A DNA stretch of 64,000 nt, taken from the NCBI GenBank assembly GCA_963708495.1, contig CAVPSS010000005.1, positions 19,739-83,738 of the forward strand, given 5' to 3'. This document shows, piece after piece, positions 31,551 through 43,849 of the stretch. Made by a program: the position numbers and the translations under genes. This DNA is from Candidatus Bathyarchaeota archaeon (GTDB lineage: Archaea > Thermoproteota > Bathyarchaeia > Bathyarchaeales > Bathycorpusculaceae). The notes beneath the pieces are model-generated. The model was not told the origin of the DNA, made no database searches, and was given only the letters and a program-made list of their open reading frames with translations. Every line of letters starts with the position of its first letter. Position 1 is the first letter of the stretch.

Positions 31551-32852
31551 ATGGCGAAGGGATCGAAAAAATTGTTTATTGACGACATCCTAAAAATTAT
31601 TTATGCACCGCAAAAAGCATTCAAGAGCATACTTGCGAACCCAAAATACCTTGGTGCATTGATTGTTCTAATTCTTTTCATTGGCTTACAAGTAGGCTAT
31701 GAGTATTCACAGTTTTCTAAAACCTACACAGAGCAAACAACTCCAACGATTGATAAGTTGGCTACATTTACCAATGCATCAGTATGGAGAAGCAATACAA
31801 ATGTTGCGCTAAGTAACAATTTTGATGATTATCTAAATTATAGTGTTTATGTCGCAGGTTTTGGGCTCCCGCCTACAGACTCAAATGCTTATTATAGTCT
31901 CTTTGGAAACAGCAGCCTACAAATAAATGCCACCAATACTAACACTGCAACAGCAGCTTTAGGTAACGTATTCAATGTTGACTGCGGTACAACTGGATTC
32001 CAGAACCTATCCATCACCTTAAAGCAACTGCAGCCTCAAGTTGCTCCTCAAAACGTTGCCTTAACGCTGTATTCACTTGGAGACATCGATTCATACCGAT
32101 ATGACTTAACGTCTCAATTATCAAACACCTCAATACTTGGTCAATGGAACAACCTTACTCTTACTCTTGGTCCCAACGCTGTTGGATGGATACCCAGTGG
32201 CAACCCAACCTGGAGCAATATAACATCATTAAAACTTGATTTCACTTACGCATCCAACACAAGCATAAACATCCATGTAGGGGCACTATTCTTCCACGGA
32301 CAATACCTCACACCAGTACAATACAACAGCACCGGCATCCTTCTACAGTTTCTGCAGTTATTCTCGTTACAATTTATCTTTACTTGGTTCATTTTGACAG
32401 GAATAATTTACTTGATTTGTAGGGTCCTAAAAAGCCAAGTGCTTTGGAAACCGCTTTTTGTGGCTTTTGGTTTTGCATTGGTAATTATGGTTATTCGATC
32501 ATTAGTAAACTTAGTCGCAACATTTACTTTGCCAATTATCTATTACCCATTCGATCTATCGTTAGGTGTACGTTTTGATCCGTACGCATCGCTCTATTAC
32601 CCAATAGAAGCACTAAAAACACTTCCTGCAATATCAACAACAATCTTCAACAACATTGAGGCAGCAACCTTGCTCTTTAGATCCATAGTTTCAGGAATGT
32701 TCATAGTGTCCTATGTATGGTTGGGTGCAGTGGGTACCATAGTTCTTGGAGAGCTCAAACCTGAGTTCTCATTGGTAAAACGCATAGTTCTATCTGTTGT
32801 TTCATTAGCCTTAGTTGTTCTGCTCTTGATCTTTTTGGTTGGGGCAGTTTAA
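31551..32852 (+). CDS. Yip1-like membrane protein with a large N/T-rich extracellular insert
   Basis: IIYAPQKAFKSI N-terminus, multiple TM segments, many N-x-S/T sequons. Confidence 0.6.
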   Translation: MAKGSKKLFIDDILKIIYAPQKAFKSILANPKYLGALIVLILFIGLQVGYEYSQFSKTYTEQTTPTIDKLATFTNASVWRSNTNVALSNNFDDYLNYSVYVAGFGLPPTDSNAYYSLFGNSSLQINATNTNTATAALGNVFNVDCGTTGFQNLSITLKQLQPQVAPQNVALTLYSLGDIDSYRYDLTSQLSNTSILGQWNNLTLTLGPNAVGWIPSGNPTWSNITSLKLDFTYASNTSINIHVGALFFHGQYLTPVQYNSTGILLQFLQLFSLQFIFTWFILTGIIYLICRVLKSQVLWKPLFVAFGFALVIMVIRSLVNLVATFTLPIIYYPFDLSLGVRFDPYASLYYPIEALKTLPAISTTIFNNIEAATLLFRSIVSGMFIVSYVWLGAVGTIVLGELKPEFSLVKRIVLSVVSLALVVLLLIFLVGAV

Positions 32853-32977
32853 GCAACGCCTCAATGCGTTTGCCACCATTTTTTTAATTTTTTTTTAGTT
32901 AGCAAGATTTATATGATTGCAGCTCACCTTTGCAATTGAAAACCGACTGTCAGTTAACAGTTTAGAAGGGAAATACA

Positions 32978-33271
32978 ATGGTTGCGATTAAAGAATTACA
33001 AGATGGCATGAAACGAGTTAGCGTTGAAGCCAAGGTCGTAGATAAAGGTGATCCTCGAGAAGTTAAATCACGTTTCAAAGATGAAACTTACCGAATAGTA
33101 GATGCTGTAGTTGCTGACGAATCTGGCAGTGTAAAGTTAACGCTTTGGAACGAGCAGATTGATCAAATCAACGTGGGCGATAATATAAAAATTGAAAACG
33201 GATATGTTACGAGTTTTAAGAGTGAAATTCAACTTAACGTTGGTAAATTTGGAAAATTATCCGTTGAATAA
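32978..33271 (+). CDS. ssb: single-stranded DNA-binding protein (single OB fold, crenarchaeal type)
   Basis: ADESGSVKLTLWN, IENGYV and LNVGKFG motifs. Confidence 0.85.
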   Translation: MVAIKELQDGMKRVSVEAKVVDKGDPREVKSRFKDETYRIVDAVVADESGSVKLTLWNEQIDQINVGDNIKIENGYVTSFKSEIQLNVGKFGKLSVE

Positions 33272-33472
33272 GTATTCTTTTAAGCATTTTTTCCTTATTG
33301 ATAACTAATCTTGAAACGTTTCCATTTTTATAAAATTAAGCCAAAAAGAAAAGAAAATTGTTAACCAAAATTTTTTCTTCCAGCACAAAGATAAAGCTGA
33401 ATTAATCGACTTTTTAGAAAAACTTAATTAATTCATGTGTTCGGTCAATTCTTGTCGTTGTGAGAAAAAAAA

Positions 33473-35431
33473 GTGCAGTTTGAACTTGTAGCGCCATTCC
33501 AAATTTCGCCAGGGCAGCAAGCCGCAGTGCAACAGATAGTGGAAAACTTGTCAATTAAGCCTAAACAAACCCTCCTAGGGATTACTGGCAGCGGCAAAAC
33601 ATTTGTTATGGCCAACGTAATCAACAAACTGCAAAAACCTACTCTGATAATTGCGCATAACAAGACCTTGGCGGCGCAGTTGTATGCGGAGTTAAAAGAG
33701 CTTTTTCCCAATAATCGCGTGGAATACTTCATTAGTTTTTATGATTTTTACCAGCCTGAATCGTATTTGCCAGCCCAAGATATGTACATTGAAAAAGACT
33801 CTTCTGTTAACGAGCAGATTGAAAAGATGCGTATGCACGCAGTTTCCAGCGTTGTGAGCCGAAATGACACAATAATCGTTGCTAGTATTAGCTGTATTTA
33901 CAGTTTGGGCAACCCGGATGACTTCAGAACTATGGCGGCGGAACTTGAGGTTGGCAAGCAAATGTCAAGGATGCAACTTATCCATGAACTCGTGGATATG
34001 CAGTATGAACGCAACGACATGGTTCTTGAGCCGGGAAGGTTCCGCGTAAGAGGCGACGTTGTGGATGTGGTACCTTCGTATGATAATGAAATTTTACGAG
34101 TTGAACTCGAAGCTAACACAATTAAAAAAATTAAAGAAGTCAATCTGGTAAGCGGCGACGTTAAGACAGTGCTTGACAGGTTTACGCTTTATCCTGCACG
34201 CCAGTACGTTGTGCCTGAAGAGAAACATGCACTTGCCCTTGAGCTTATTAAACAAGAATTGGAAGCGGCATTGCCTAATTTGCCTCCGCTGGAAGCACAC
34301 AGGCTCAAGCAGCGAACAAACTATGATTTGGAAATGATTAAAGAGGTGGGGTTCTGTGCAGGAATGGAAAACTACAGTCGTCACTTCGACGGGCGTAAAC
34401 CCGGGGAGCCGCCGTTCACGTTGATGGATTACTTCCCCAAAGACTATCTCCTGATAATTGATGAGAGTCACCAGACAATTCCTCAATCACGCGCCATGTA
34501 CAATGGCGACTATGCGAGAAAAAAGAACCTCGTAGACTTCGGTTTTAGACTTCCCAGTGCATTGGATAACAGACCGCTTAAGTTTGAAGAGTTTGAGAAG
34601 AAAATGGGTAAAGTCCTCTTTGTTTCAGCGACCCCAGCTGAATATGAGCTTGAAAAAAGTGGTTCGCCAGTTGAATTAATAACAAGACCCACCGGACTTT
34701 TGGATCCTGAGGTTGAGATTCACCCTATTGAGGGGCAGATGAAACATTTGATGGTGGAAGCGAAGAAAACCATTGAGCGGGGTGATCGGGTTTTAGTTAC
34801 AACTCTAACCAAACGCATGGCAGAAGATCTAGCCGAATACTTGTGTAAGGAAGGTTTCCGTGTTAGGTACATGCATTCAGACATCGATAGTTTAGATCGC
34901 ATAGAACTAATTCGGCAGTTGCGAATCCGCGAATTCGACATTCTAGTTGGTATCAACCTGCTCAGGGAAGGCTTAGACATCCCTGAAGTCTCAACTATTT
35001 TCATTTTGGACGCTGATAAAGAAGGGTTCCTGCGAGATGAACGAAGCTTAATTCAAACTATTGGGCGGGCATCAAGAAATGACCATGGTAAAGTATTTCT
35101 TTATGCTGATGTAGAGACACGCTCAATTAAACGAGCCGTAGAGATTACATATTACAGACGTAGTTTCCAGAAACGCTTCAACAAACTTCACAATATCATG
35201 CCAAAAACAATAGTGAAGGGGGTATCCCAAAAAGAAAGCATAATCAAGGGTACCAAGCACCTGCCAAAGTCAGATATGAGACGTCAAATAATCGAGTTAG
35301 ATGCCAAAATGCATGAAGCAGCTGAGAAATTAGACTTTGAACAGGCCATTCAGCTCAGGGATGCAATTGCAGAGTTGAATAGGGCTTTGGAGAGGAAGAT
35401 TGAAAATGACGCGGTTAAGCCAGAAAATTAA
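33473..35431 (+). CDS. uvrB: excinuclease ABC subunit B
   Basis: GITGSGKT, HNKTLAAQL, YQPESY, IDESH and GINLLREGLD motifs; C-terminal UVR domain. Confidence 0.97.
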   Translation: MQFELVAPFQISPGQQAAVQQIVENLSIKPKQTLLGITGSGKTFVMANVINKLQKPTLIIAHNKTLAAQLYAELKELFPNNRVEYFISFYDFYQPESYLPAQDMYIEKDSSVNEQIEKMRMHAVSSVVSRNDTIIVASISCIYSLGNPDDFRTMAAELEVGKQMSRMQLIHELVDMQYERNDMVLEPGRFRVRGDVVDVVPSYDNEILRVELEANTIKKIKEVNLVSGDVKTVLDRFTLYPARQYVVPEEKHALALELIKQELEAALPNLPPLEAHRLKQRTNYDLEMIKEVGFCAGMENYSRHFDGRKPGEPPFTLMDYFPKDYLLIIDESHQTIPQSRAMYNGDYARKKNLVDFGFRLPSALDNRPLKFEEFEKKMGKVLFVSATPAEYELEKSGSPVELITRPTGLLDPEVEIHPIEGQMKHLMVEAKKTIERGDRVLVTTLTKRMAEDLAEYLCKEGFRVRYMHSDIDSLDRIELIRQLRIREFDILVGINLLREGLDIPEVSTIFILDADKEGFLRDERSLIQTIGRASRNDHGKVFLYADVETRSIKRAVEITYYRRSFQKRFNKLHNIMPKTIVKGVSQKESIIKGTKHLPKSDMRRQIIELDAKMHEAAEKLDFEQAIQLRDAIAELNRALERKIENDAVKPEN

Positions 35432-35511
35432 AGATTTAGCGCAAAAAGGTTCTAATCTTTCTCCATAAACTGGTTATAAAATAGAAAGTAGATAGGAATT
35501 TGGTTTAGGTT

Positions 35512-38412
35512 ATGAGAGATAATGTTTCAATTAAGGGTGCACGGGAACACAATTTAAAAAATATTGATTTAGAGTTGCCGCGAAACAAGTTTATAGTTAT
35601 CACTGGGCTTTCTGGCTCGGGAAAATCAACTTTGGCTTTTGACACGATTTATGCTGAAGGACAGCGAAGATATGTTGAGAGCTTGAGTGCTTATGCGAGA
35701 CAGTTTTTGGGTCTTATGGATAAGCCCGATGTGGATTCCATTGAAGGGCTTTCTCCGGCAATTTCGATTGAACAAAAGAGTACAAGCAAAAACCCCCGCT
35801 CAACTGTTGGAACAGTTACGGAAATATACGATTACCTCAGGTTGCTCTTCGCACGCATTGGAATACATCACTGCCCAAAATGCGGTAGTAGTATTCACCC
35901 TCAAAGTCCAGAAAACATAACCAGCCTAATAATGGTTGAAACAACAAAAACACTAACATTTCTAGCTCCAATCATTCGCGGTATCAAAGGGACACATGAA
36001 CAAGTTTTTGAAGACCTTAAAAAACAGGGATACACCAAAATTCGCGCGGACCAAAAAATCTACGACTCCGACAGCATCAAAGAAGAATTAAAACTTGTCA
36101 GATACGAAAAACATTGGATTGAAGCAGTCATTGATACTGTCTCAATAGTGGATGAGGAGCGTTCTCGCATTTCCGAAGCTGTAGAGCAGGCTCTTTCGGT
36201 GGGCAAAGGAACAATGATAATTATCGACGCTCAAAAAGCTGAGGGTGAAAAGAAAAAGGAGCTTGAACGCTTCGGAGACGAAATTATGTACAGTACCTTC
36301 GGGGCCTGTCCAAACCACCCTGAAATTGTCTTTGAAAGCCTCGAGCCGCGTATGTTCTCGTTTAACTCGCCGTTTGGTGCTTGCACAACTTGTCACGGCT
36401 TGGGTGAAATAACAGAGGTAACAGAAGACAAGGTTATTCCAAATAGAAACCTCTCCATCATGGATGGTGGCTTAGCTGTTTACAAAGGCACAATGGAACT
36501 TAGTTGGCGTGCTCAGCAGCTTGCTACCGTTGGCAAAAAATACGGTTTCGATGTTTTTACTCCACTTAAAGATTTTACGCAAGAGCAGATGCGAGTTCTT
36601 ATGTACGGTGATAAAGAACCAATCAACGGAAATTGGTCAAACGGCGCAAGTATGTGGATGCGGGACGGTTGGGAAGGCATAATTCCCCAAACTATGAGGT
36701 TATATCGCCAAACTGAGAGCGCTTGGCGAAAAGAGGACATAGAAAAATTCATGACTTCAAGACCCTGCGCCGCCTGCAACGGTAAAAGATTGCAGCCAGT
36801 GGTTCTTGCAGTTCAAATTCTTGGCAAAAGCATCATTGACGTTACTGACTTTTCGATTGAAGCTGCAGTTGATTTCTTCCTTAATCTACCAAGCCAATTG
36901 GAAGGGAAAGAGTTGATTATCGCTAAACAGGTGCTTAAGGAAATCAACCAGCGTCTTGGGTTTTTGAAGAACGTTGGTTTAGGGTATCTTTCACTTTCTA
37001 GGGCGGCAAGAACGCTTTCTGGTGGCGAAGCTCAGCGAATTCGTTTAGCTACGCAAATCGGTAGTAACTTGATGGGCGTACTTTATATTTTGGATGAACC
37101 CAGCATCGGTTTGCATCAGAGGGACAACACGAAACTGATAGCTACCCTTCATCGACTGCGGGATTTAGGGAATACTTTGATTGTGGTTGAACACGACGAG
37201 GAAACCATACGCAATGCTGACTACATCGTTGACATGGGTCCAGGCGCAGGCGTCCATGGTGGACATGTAGTAGCCGAAGGCTCACCTGAAGAAATTATGG
37301 TTAACAAACGAAGCATCACAGGCAAATACCTCTCAGGCGAATTAAAAATTGAAGTGCCAACTGAACGACGCCAACCTGGCGGTTACATCACTGTTAAAGG
37401 TGCAAACGAAAATAACCTCAAAAACCTCAGCCTCCAGTTGCCGCTGGGTGTTTTGTGTGGGGTTACAGGTGTTTCCGGCTCAGGCAAGAGTACGTTGATG
37501 AATTTGACAGTTATTCCAGCGCTACGCCAAATGTTCGGTGAACAAGTAGACAAAATAGGCAAACACGAATCTGTAGATGTTCCAAGCGTCGTGCGTAACG
37601 TTATAGTTATTGATCAAGACCCCATCGGGCGAACGCCAAGAAGTAACCCCGCAACATACACTAAACTTTTCGATGAGATAAGACGCATTTTCGCCTCCAC
37701 AAAAGAAGCCAAAGCGCGTGGCTACAAAGAAGGTCGATTTAGTTTCAACGTGAAAGGCGGTAGATGTGAAACCTGCCAAGGCGACGGGGTGCTGCGTATA
37801 GAAATGAATTTCCTGCCCGACGTTTACGTTCAATGCAGCGAATGCAAAGGAAAACGCTACAACAAAGAAACATTGGGTGTGCTCTACAAGGGTAAAAATA
37901 TAGCTGAAGTTTTAGATATGACGGTGGAGGAAGCAGCAAAATTCTTTGAGAACACGCCGAGGGTTTCAAGAAAACTTGGGACGCTACTTGACGTGGGGCT
38001 TGGGTACATCAAGATGGGACAAAGCTCAACTACCTTGTCAGGTGGCGAGAGCCAACGAATCAAGATCACTCGTGAACTTAGCAAACACAAATCTGGACAC
38101 GTGATTTACATGTTGGATGAACCAACTACTGGGCTTCATTTTGACGACACTAAACGGCTTATAAAAGTCTTGAATCGATTAGTAGACAACGGAAACTCTG
38201 TCTACATCATTGAACACAATTTAGATGTCATTAAAAGCTGCGATTACCTCATCGATTTGGGACCTGAAGGAGGAGCTGCAGGCGGCGAATTACTTGCTAA
38301 AGGAACTCCTGAAGAAGTCTCAAAGAACAGTGGCTCTTACACAGGGGTGTTTCTGGAAAAAATTCTTAATCGTGGAGCAGAAACTCTTTTGGCAGTGAAA
38401 CAGCCTGCATGA
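35512..38412 (+). CDS. uvrA: excinuclease ABC subunit A
   Basis: GAREHNLK, two ABC modules ([32 protein letters not shown]), Zn fingers. Confidence 0.97.
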   Translation: MRDNVSIKGAREHNLKNIDLELPRNKFIVITGLSGSGKSTLAFDTIYAEGQRRYVESLSAYARQFLGLMDKPDVDSIEGLSPAISIEQKSTSKNPRSTVGTVTEIYDYLRLLFARIGIHHCPKCGSSIHPQSPENITSLIMVETTKTLTFLAPIIRGIKGTHEQVFEDLKKQGYTKIRADQKIYDSDSIKEELKLVRYEKHWIEAVIDTVSIVDEERSRISEAVEQALSVGKGTMIIIDAQKAEGEKKKELERFGDEIMYSTFGACPNHPEIVFESLEPRMFSFNSPFGACTTCHGLGEITEVTEDKVIPNRNLSIMDGGLAVYKGTMELSWRAQQLATVGKKYGFDVFTPLKDFTQEQMRVLMYGDKEPINGNWSNGASMWMRDGWEGIIPQTMRLYRQTESAWRKEDIEKFMTSRPCAACNGKRLQPVVLAVQILGKSIIDVTDFSIEAAVDFFLNLPSQLEGKELIIAKQVLKEINQRLGFLKNVGLGYLSLSRAARTLSGGEAQRIRLATQIGSNLMGVLYILDEPSIGLHQRDNTKLIATLHRLRDLGNTLIVVEHDEETIRNADYIVDMGPGAGVHGGHVVAEGSPEEIMVNKRSITGKYLSGELKIEVPTERRQPGGYITVKGANENNLKNLSLQLPLGVLCGVTGVSGSGKSTLMNLTVIPALRQMFGEQVDKIGKHESVDVPSVVRNVIVIDQDPIGRTPRSNPATYTKLFDEIRRIFASTKEAKARGYKEGRFSFNVKGGRCETCQGDGVLRIEMNFLPDVYVQCSECKGKRYNKETLGVLYKGKNIAEVLDMTVEEAAKFFENTPRVSRKLGTLLDVGLGYIKMGQSSTTLSGGESQRIKITRELSKHKSGHVIYMLDEPTTGLHFDDTKRLIKVLNRLVDNGNSVYIIEHNLDVIKSCDYLIDLGPEGGAAGGELLAKGTPEEVSKNSGSYTGVFLEKILNRGAETLLAVKQPA

Positions 38413-40033
38413 TCCAAATAACTTGTCCCGCTGACTTCAAAAGCTCTGATATTCCAACTGACCCAGGCGTCTACCTTTACAGGGATGAATCAGGCGAAAT
38501 TCTCTATGTTGGAAAAGCAAAAAGTTTGCGGTCACGGGTAAAAAGTTACTTTTCAAGTTCCGATCAACCTGCTAAGACAAGGCAGCTTGTTTCAAGAATT
38601 AGAAATATCGATTGGATTGTGGTGAATAACGAAGTTGAAGCGTTGCTGCTTGAGAATAAACTGGTTAAACAGCACTGGCCCAAATACAACGTTAACTTAA
38701 AAGATGCTAAAACATTTGCTTACATCTCACTTACACGAGAAGATTTTCCAAGGGTTCTTACTAGCCGCAAAGTTGCTCGAAAACTGGAATCGTTTGGACC
38801 CTACACTGACGGCTTCACACGCCAAGACCTTCAACGATTAGTGGTGAGGGTTTTCAAGCTACGTACATGCAAGACCCTGCCTAAACGTGCTTGCTTAAAC
38901 TACCACATTCACCTATGCTCAGCACCATGCATTGGGAAAGCTACCGCTGAACAATATACTGAACAAGTAGCGAAAGCGCGATCATTCCTTAATGGAAACT
39001 ATGAACAAACCATTGAACAATTAAAAACTCAAATGCAAACAGCCTCCAAAGCCCAACAGTACGAAACTGCTCTTGAACTTCGCAACCAAATCCTCTCAAT
39101 AAGGCTTGTTACAGAGCATCAAATCGTGGATCAAGAGCGTCGTTTTGATCAAGACGTTTTGGTGTTTAGGCAGGTGGGTGAGAAGATGTTGGCAGTTCAG
39201 ATGAGTATGCGCAAAGGAGTATTGCTTGGCAAAAAAGAGTTTAGCGTGGATGTTCAGCCAATGATTGAACAGGAATTTTTGAAAGCATATTACACCACAA
39301 ACCAGATTCCAAGAGAAATTCTGTTGAACAAGCCTTGTTGGCAGGGCACTGAAGAGAAAAAAGCGTTAGAAGAGTTTCTGTCGGCTAAGCGTTGTGCGCC
39401 TGTTTCGTTGGCGATTCCAAGGCGGGCAGATAAGTTGGGGCTTGTTCAGTTGGCAGAAAAAAACTTGGAATCAACCTTAGATGTTGATAGTTCACTCGTT
39501 GATTTGCAGAATAACTCTCAATTTGCCAATCCTGCCACGAATTAATCGAATGCTTTGATGTATCAAACTTGGGCACTGAACATGTGGTTTCAGGCATGGT
39601 CAGCTTCAAAGATGCGAAACCCGACAAGAAAAACTATCGCAAATTCAAAATCAAAACTTTCAAAGGACAGGATGATTTTGCCGCAGTAAACGAGGTAGTT
39701 TGCAGAAGATACAAACGTTTGATTGAAGAGAAAACCTCGTTGCCTGATTTAGTGATGATTGACGGTGGTCCAGGGCAAGTTAGCGCGGCAAAAGCGGCTT
39801 TGCAAATGCTCGGGTTGCAGCTTCCGCTTATTGGTTTGGCGAAGGAGCATGAAGAAATCTATTTGCCGGATGAATCGGCGCCTAGAAACTTTAACAAGAA
39901 CAGCAAAATGATGCTTCTTCTTAGGAAAATCCGTGATGCAGCACACGATTTTTCGTTGGGTTACAACCTTAAGAGACGTCAGATGAAAATTCGGGAAGAA
40001 TTCAAACAAACCAAGTCTAGAGAAACTGTTTGA
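38409..40033 (+). CDS. uvrC: excinuclease ABC subunit C, split by two 1-nt insertions (~39510, ~39541); no C-terminal HhH domain
   Basis: GIY-YIG (PGVY..YVGKA..RV.SY), UVR, restored IECFDVSN, DD, MIDGGPGQ, GLAK and RDAAH. Confidence 0.9.
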
Positions 40034-40426
40034 GTGCTTCCTCAAGACCTGTAAAACCATTAATTATCGTGTCAGAGTGGAAAACTATCCATGGGCTTAG
40101 GCACTTCATTTCTGATACTACAATGATTTTTTTGCCTTTGCGTTTGGCGTAGAACATTTCCATACATGCTCCGGCGGAGAGTATGGGCAGGTAAACAACC
40201 ATGATATCGCATAGGTCAGCATCATCTAAATCCCTTGGACAAAGTCGAAAGTTGGTACTTTGTCCCACCAGCATTCCTCAGTTCCATTATAGAGGACACG
40301 TTCTCTTTTCCATGGGTCAATAATTTCGTAGCCCAGTTTACAAGCAATGTCAGTGATGGTTTTTCGGTAGTCTTGCTGTTTTTCCATACCTATAATGGGA
40401 CCAGAGATGAACACTTTCTTTTTCAT
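40017..40426 (-). CDS. nucleoside 2-deoxyribosyltransferase-like protein, frameshift near 40235
   Basis: VFISGPI..IIDP joined to RDLDDADLCD..SAGACMEMFYA..SPWI. Confidence 0.75.
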
Positions 40427-40632
40427 TCTGTTAACCCTGAAATCAAAAACCACTAAGACTAATATTCTTTTTTCAAGGACAGATTCTCATAACGGTCTAG
40501 GGTTTTAGTATATTTTTAAAAAGGTCCTTCACAGAATAAGTATCTACTTTAAATGGCATTTTTCTATTTAATTTCAATAGAATTTATTGTAACTTTTATT
40601 AGTCCAAAATAACGATACTTGTGTGTTGAAAA

Positions 40633-40958
40633 ATGACTGTAGATAATTCGATAACTGGCAATGCTAATCAGCTATCTGGTAGCGAACCACCGAAACCAAC
40701 TTTTCAGGAGAAGGAAAAACCACAAATGAACCAACTAAAGAACAGATGGAGCTAAGAGAATTTGTTAAATTGCTTGGCGAACTGCAGTCAAAAGGCAAAA
40801 TAACAGGGCAGCAATTTAGGGAAAACCGTGAATTGTGGATGCATCAACAACCTAATGACCGAGACGTATTAGTATGGCGTCTAAAGCAGCTTCTAAACAC
40901 AGAAACCAAACCGAATGCACCAAGAAGTCAACCATTTCAGAAACCCCGTAGAATGTAG
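40633..40958 (+). CDS. hypothetical protein (probable homopolymer frameshift near 40716; otherwise starts at 40746)
   Basis: ORF 40746-40958 plus an upstream ORF from ATG 40633 that joins it if one A is added to an A5 run. Confidence 0.5.
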
Positions 40959-41174
40959 AAGAATAGTCAAAGATCAATTTTTCTTCTTTTAAATTAAAGC
41001 TGTCCCAATTGAATACCACGAGCGGTTAGACGAGAAAAAATTAGAAATGGAACATGGCGCATCAGTTCTTAAGAGAATTTTATTCGAAAACTTAAATTAT
41101 TCGCCCTGAATCAAGTTTTACCTATCTCATGTTTAGATTGCGTTGTTTTACTAGACCTTATCTTTATTCTGCGT

Positions 41175-41552
41175 TTGCAGCTAAAGCGTGAAAAGATATT
41201 GGAGCGCAAGAAATTGGCAACATTAAATTGGACAGTAGTTGATTCAGATGGAAGCCTCTTTTCAAGGGGAAAGAACGATTATTACGCAATACTTGTCAGA
41301 GGAATTCCAGAAGAACACCCTGAAGACTGTATCGTAGAATTGTATGTGACAGATAAAGAGATGACAATTGTTGAGATTAAGAACTGCGCATATAGGGAAC
41401 AGATTAAGCTATTATCACGCTCAATTGTCTTGGGGAACTTGTTACCCCAAGCAAGTGTAGGTCAGGTCGTTGAAGAAATGAAGGATAATGCTGAGAGCAG
41501 AGAGAAAGAGAATCCTTACAGCTCAATCTCTAGCGATTATAGATCAAAATAA
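41175..41552 (+). CDS. hypothetical protein
   Basis: ORF track; protein-like composition. Confidence 0.55.
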   Translation: MQLKREKILERKKLATLNWTVVDSDGSLFSRGKNDYYAILVRGIPEEHPEDCIVELYVTDKEMTIVEIKNCAYREQIKLLSRSIVLGNLLPQASVGQVVEEMKDNAESREKENPYSSISSDYRSK

Positions 41553-41839
41553 GACAAGTAGATAAAACGATGAGCGCATAGAAAAAGGTCTAAGCATTAA
41601 GAAATTATAGGTGTCCTCCAAGGACGCCTGCTACTATTGAAAATATAAAAAGCGCAATAATGAAGATTACCACGATTTTTTTAGTTAACGTTTTCATTTG
41701 ATTCGGTATCTCTCGAGGTCCTTGCTAAGAGGTTTACTATTTGAATTTAGTAGTTAATAGTTCAGACCATGGATTTGGAAGTTTGGGTTTTAACAAGTCT
41801 TAAATTAGGATAGCGTAGAAATAGTCAAGCGAGTTGTGA

Positions 41840-42364
41840 ATGAATATGCCTATGGACTATGTAGTTTTTGAGCCTGCCGATGAAAATTTTGCTCAACTTA
41901 TTGTAAGAATTCTTGAGGAAAGAGGATACAGTGCAAGTTATCAAATTGGATACCCGCATAATAAAATCTTCATAAGAGTTGACGACAAAGAAGAAGCAGA
42001 TAGAATTTCAGGCATAATAGGAAAATTTATGAAAAAATTAAATTTTACTGAGGGGGAAATTGCATCTTCAAAATTAGAAACGTTAACAAGTAAACTTGGA
42101 AGCTTAATACCCGAACAACCAAACAGAAAGCTAGAAAAACCTGGGGAAAGCAATGAAAAGAAAGTAAAAAACAATGACGTTGACCATGAAAAGTCAGAAA
42201 GTGAGGTTTACAATAAAGCTATGTTTGAAGAATTGAGAAGCAAAATCTCTGAAAAGCTTAGTCAATTAAATAATCTTATTGCGGAAAATCCAAAGGACCG
42301 TTCAAATGAGAAGAGAAGAATTGAAAGAGACACTCTGGTTTGGGTTCTTCAAAACATGCAGTGA
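41840..42364 (+). CDS. hypothetical protein
   Basis: ORF track, 174 aa; TATA-like TTAAATT upstream. Confidence 0.65.
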   Translation: MNMPMDYVVFEPADENFAQLIVRILEERGYSASYQIGYPHNKIFIRVDDKEEADRISGIIGKFMKKLNFTEGEIASSKLETLTSKLGSLIPEQPNRKLEKPGESNEKKVKNNDVDHEKSESEVYNKAMFEELRSKISEKLSQLNNLIAENPKDRSNEKRRIERDTLVWVLQNMQ

Positions 42365-42420
42365 CTACCTCAGAATAGATTTGCCGCGTCACTAGGGCAT
42401 CCTTCTTTTAGGCTTTCAAA

Positions 42421-42894
42421 TCAACTGCTTGTGAGAGTTTTACACCACTCAATAATGGTTTTCTCAGCTTCCTCTTTTTTCTTTAGAGGCTCCTCGAGCA
42501 TAAGTTCACCAATAAGTTCGCTGTTGGATAGCAGGACTTTTGTTTTTTCAATTGCTTTTTGGTTCTGTTTTGTTGTGGTTAAGAATATGGCAACTTTCTT
42601 GCCTGAAAGGCTGTTGTGGTTTATGTAGGTTCGTATGGCTGGTGTGGGAGATGATGACCATACTGGTGTTCCGATTATTATGAGGTTGTAATCTTTGGGT
42701 GAATGTTTGGTTTCGCATATTTTGGTTTCTTTGCTTTGGGTGGCGTCTTTTCCGCCTAATAAGAACCCTATTGGTCCACTGCGTTTTTTAAGATCTACTA
42801 TTTCTTCTGTGTCTGAAACGATTTTGGAGGCTATTTTTTCTGCTATGAACTTCGTATTGCCTGTTCTGGTGTAATAAATGACTAAGCTCTTCAT
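42421..42894 (-). CDS. flavodoxin family protein
   Basis: YYTRTGNT and IIGTPVW motifs. Confidence 0.87.
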   Translation of the reverse strand: MKSLVIYYTRTGNTKFIAEKIASKIVSDTEEIVDLKKRSGPIGFLLGGKDATQSKETKICETKHSPKDYNLIIIGTPVWSSSPTPAIRTYINHNSLSGKKVAIFLTTTKQNQKAIEKTKVLLSNSELIGELMLEEPLKKKEEAEKTIIEWCKTLTSS

Positions 42895-43014
42895 TTCTGG
42901 TCAACAACTGTTACTATGCAGGGTATAAGAAATTATTGTTCATAGACGCTAATCAACGTAAAAGCCCTGGAAGCCTCACCTACACATCTCATTTCTTGTT
43001 AATGCGTTTTGTTA

Positions 43015-43521
43015 TTAGAATTTGTTGTATCCAAACAATTCTTCAAAAGGCTTTCTGTTTTTTGCTTTTGGTTGCTCCGCAGGATAGCCAAAGGCCAATA
43101 ATGCAACAACTTTCCACTTATCAGGAATTTTCAGAAGTTCTTTGACTTTTCCTTCGCTAAAAGAACCTATCCAACATGAACCTATACCGAAAGTCCAGGC
43201 GGCAATAACTATGTTCTGCAGGGCAATTGTAGTGTCAATAACTGCCCATTTTCCGGTTAAAAGTGCTTTTTCATCTGCGCAACCAACGATAACAATGGGC
43301 GCATTCTTGATATGTTTAGCAAACAAGCTTTTGGATAATTCATTTTTAGCTTCAGAATCTGTTACTACTACAAATCGAATAGGCTGTCTGTTAACTGCAG
43401 ATGGCGCTTGTCTACCAGCTTCAAGCATTTGGCTTAAGAGTTCTTGTGGTATTTCTTTATCTTCATACTTTCGAATACTTCTTCGGCTTAAAATCACATC
43501 AATCAAAGACAACGACTTCAC
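43015..43521 (-). CDS. nitroreductase family protein
   Basis: SRRSIRKY, APSAVNRQP, GIGSCWIG and FGYP motifs. Confidence 0.9.
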   Translation of the reverse strand: MKSLSLIDVILSRRSIRKYEDKEIPQELLSQMLEAGRQAPSAVNRQPIRFVVVTDSEAKNELSKSLFAKHIKNAPIVIVGCADEKALLTGKWAVIDTTIALQNIVIAAWTFGIGSCWIGSFSEGKVKELLKIPDKWKVVALLAFGYPAEQPKAKNRKPFEELFGYNKF

Positions 43522-43601
43522 CGCTTCAACAGATTGTTAAGTTTCCTAAAATCCCTTCCACTAAACTGAACTGCTGCTTTAAGTTTTAACTCGACCATCT
43601 G

Positions 43602-43668
43602 GTGATTTAGGTGTGGAATCGAATTGACCCGCACTTCAGTGGAGACAATACCCGCAAATCTGCTTCTT
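43602..43668 (-). repeat. dispersed tRNA-T-loop-like repeat, copy E (degenerate)
   Basis: Minus strand GATTTGCGGGTATTGTCTCCACT-N-TTCGATTCCACACCTAAATCA. Confidence 0.55.
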
Positions 43669-43849
43669 ATAGTTGAATGAAACGTGTCTGGATGAACATT
43701 TTAAAGATAAGCAAAGAATAGGTGCAAGAGTTACCTTTAGTTATCTTAAAACTAAAGTTGTTACTTCTACACCAGAGACATTGTCATTTTTTACTCAAGC
43801 ATAAGAGGCTAAACCAATGAAACATTAAAGATTTTGTTGACCTCAGGTT

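Noticed and set aside
41608-41630. Hairpin TAGGTGTCCT-CCA-AGGACGCCTG
   Set aside because: Single copy downstream of a gene; cannot be told apart from an ordinary 3' hairpin.
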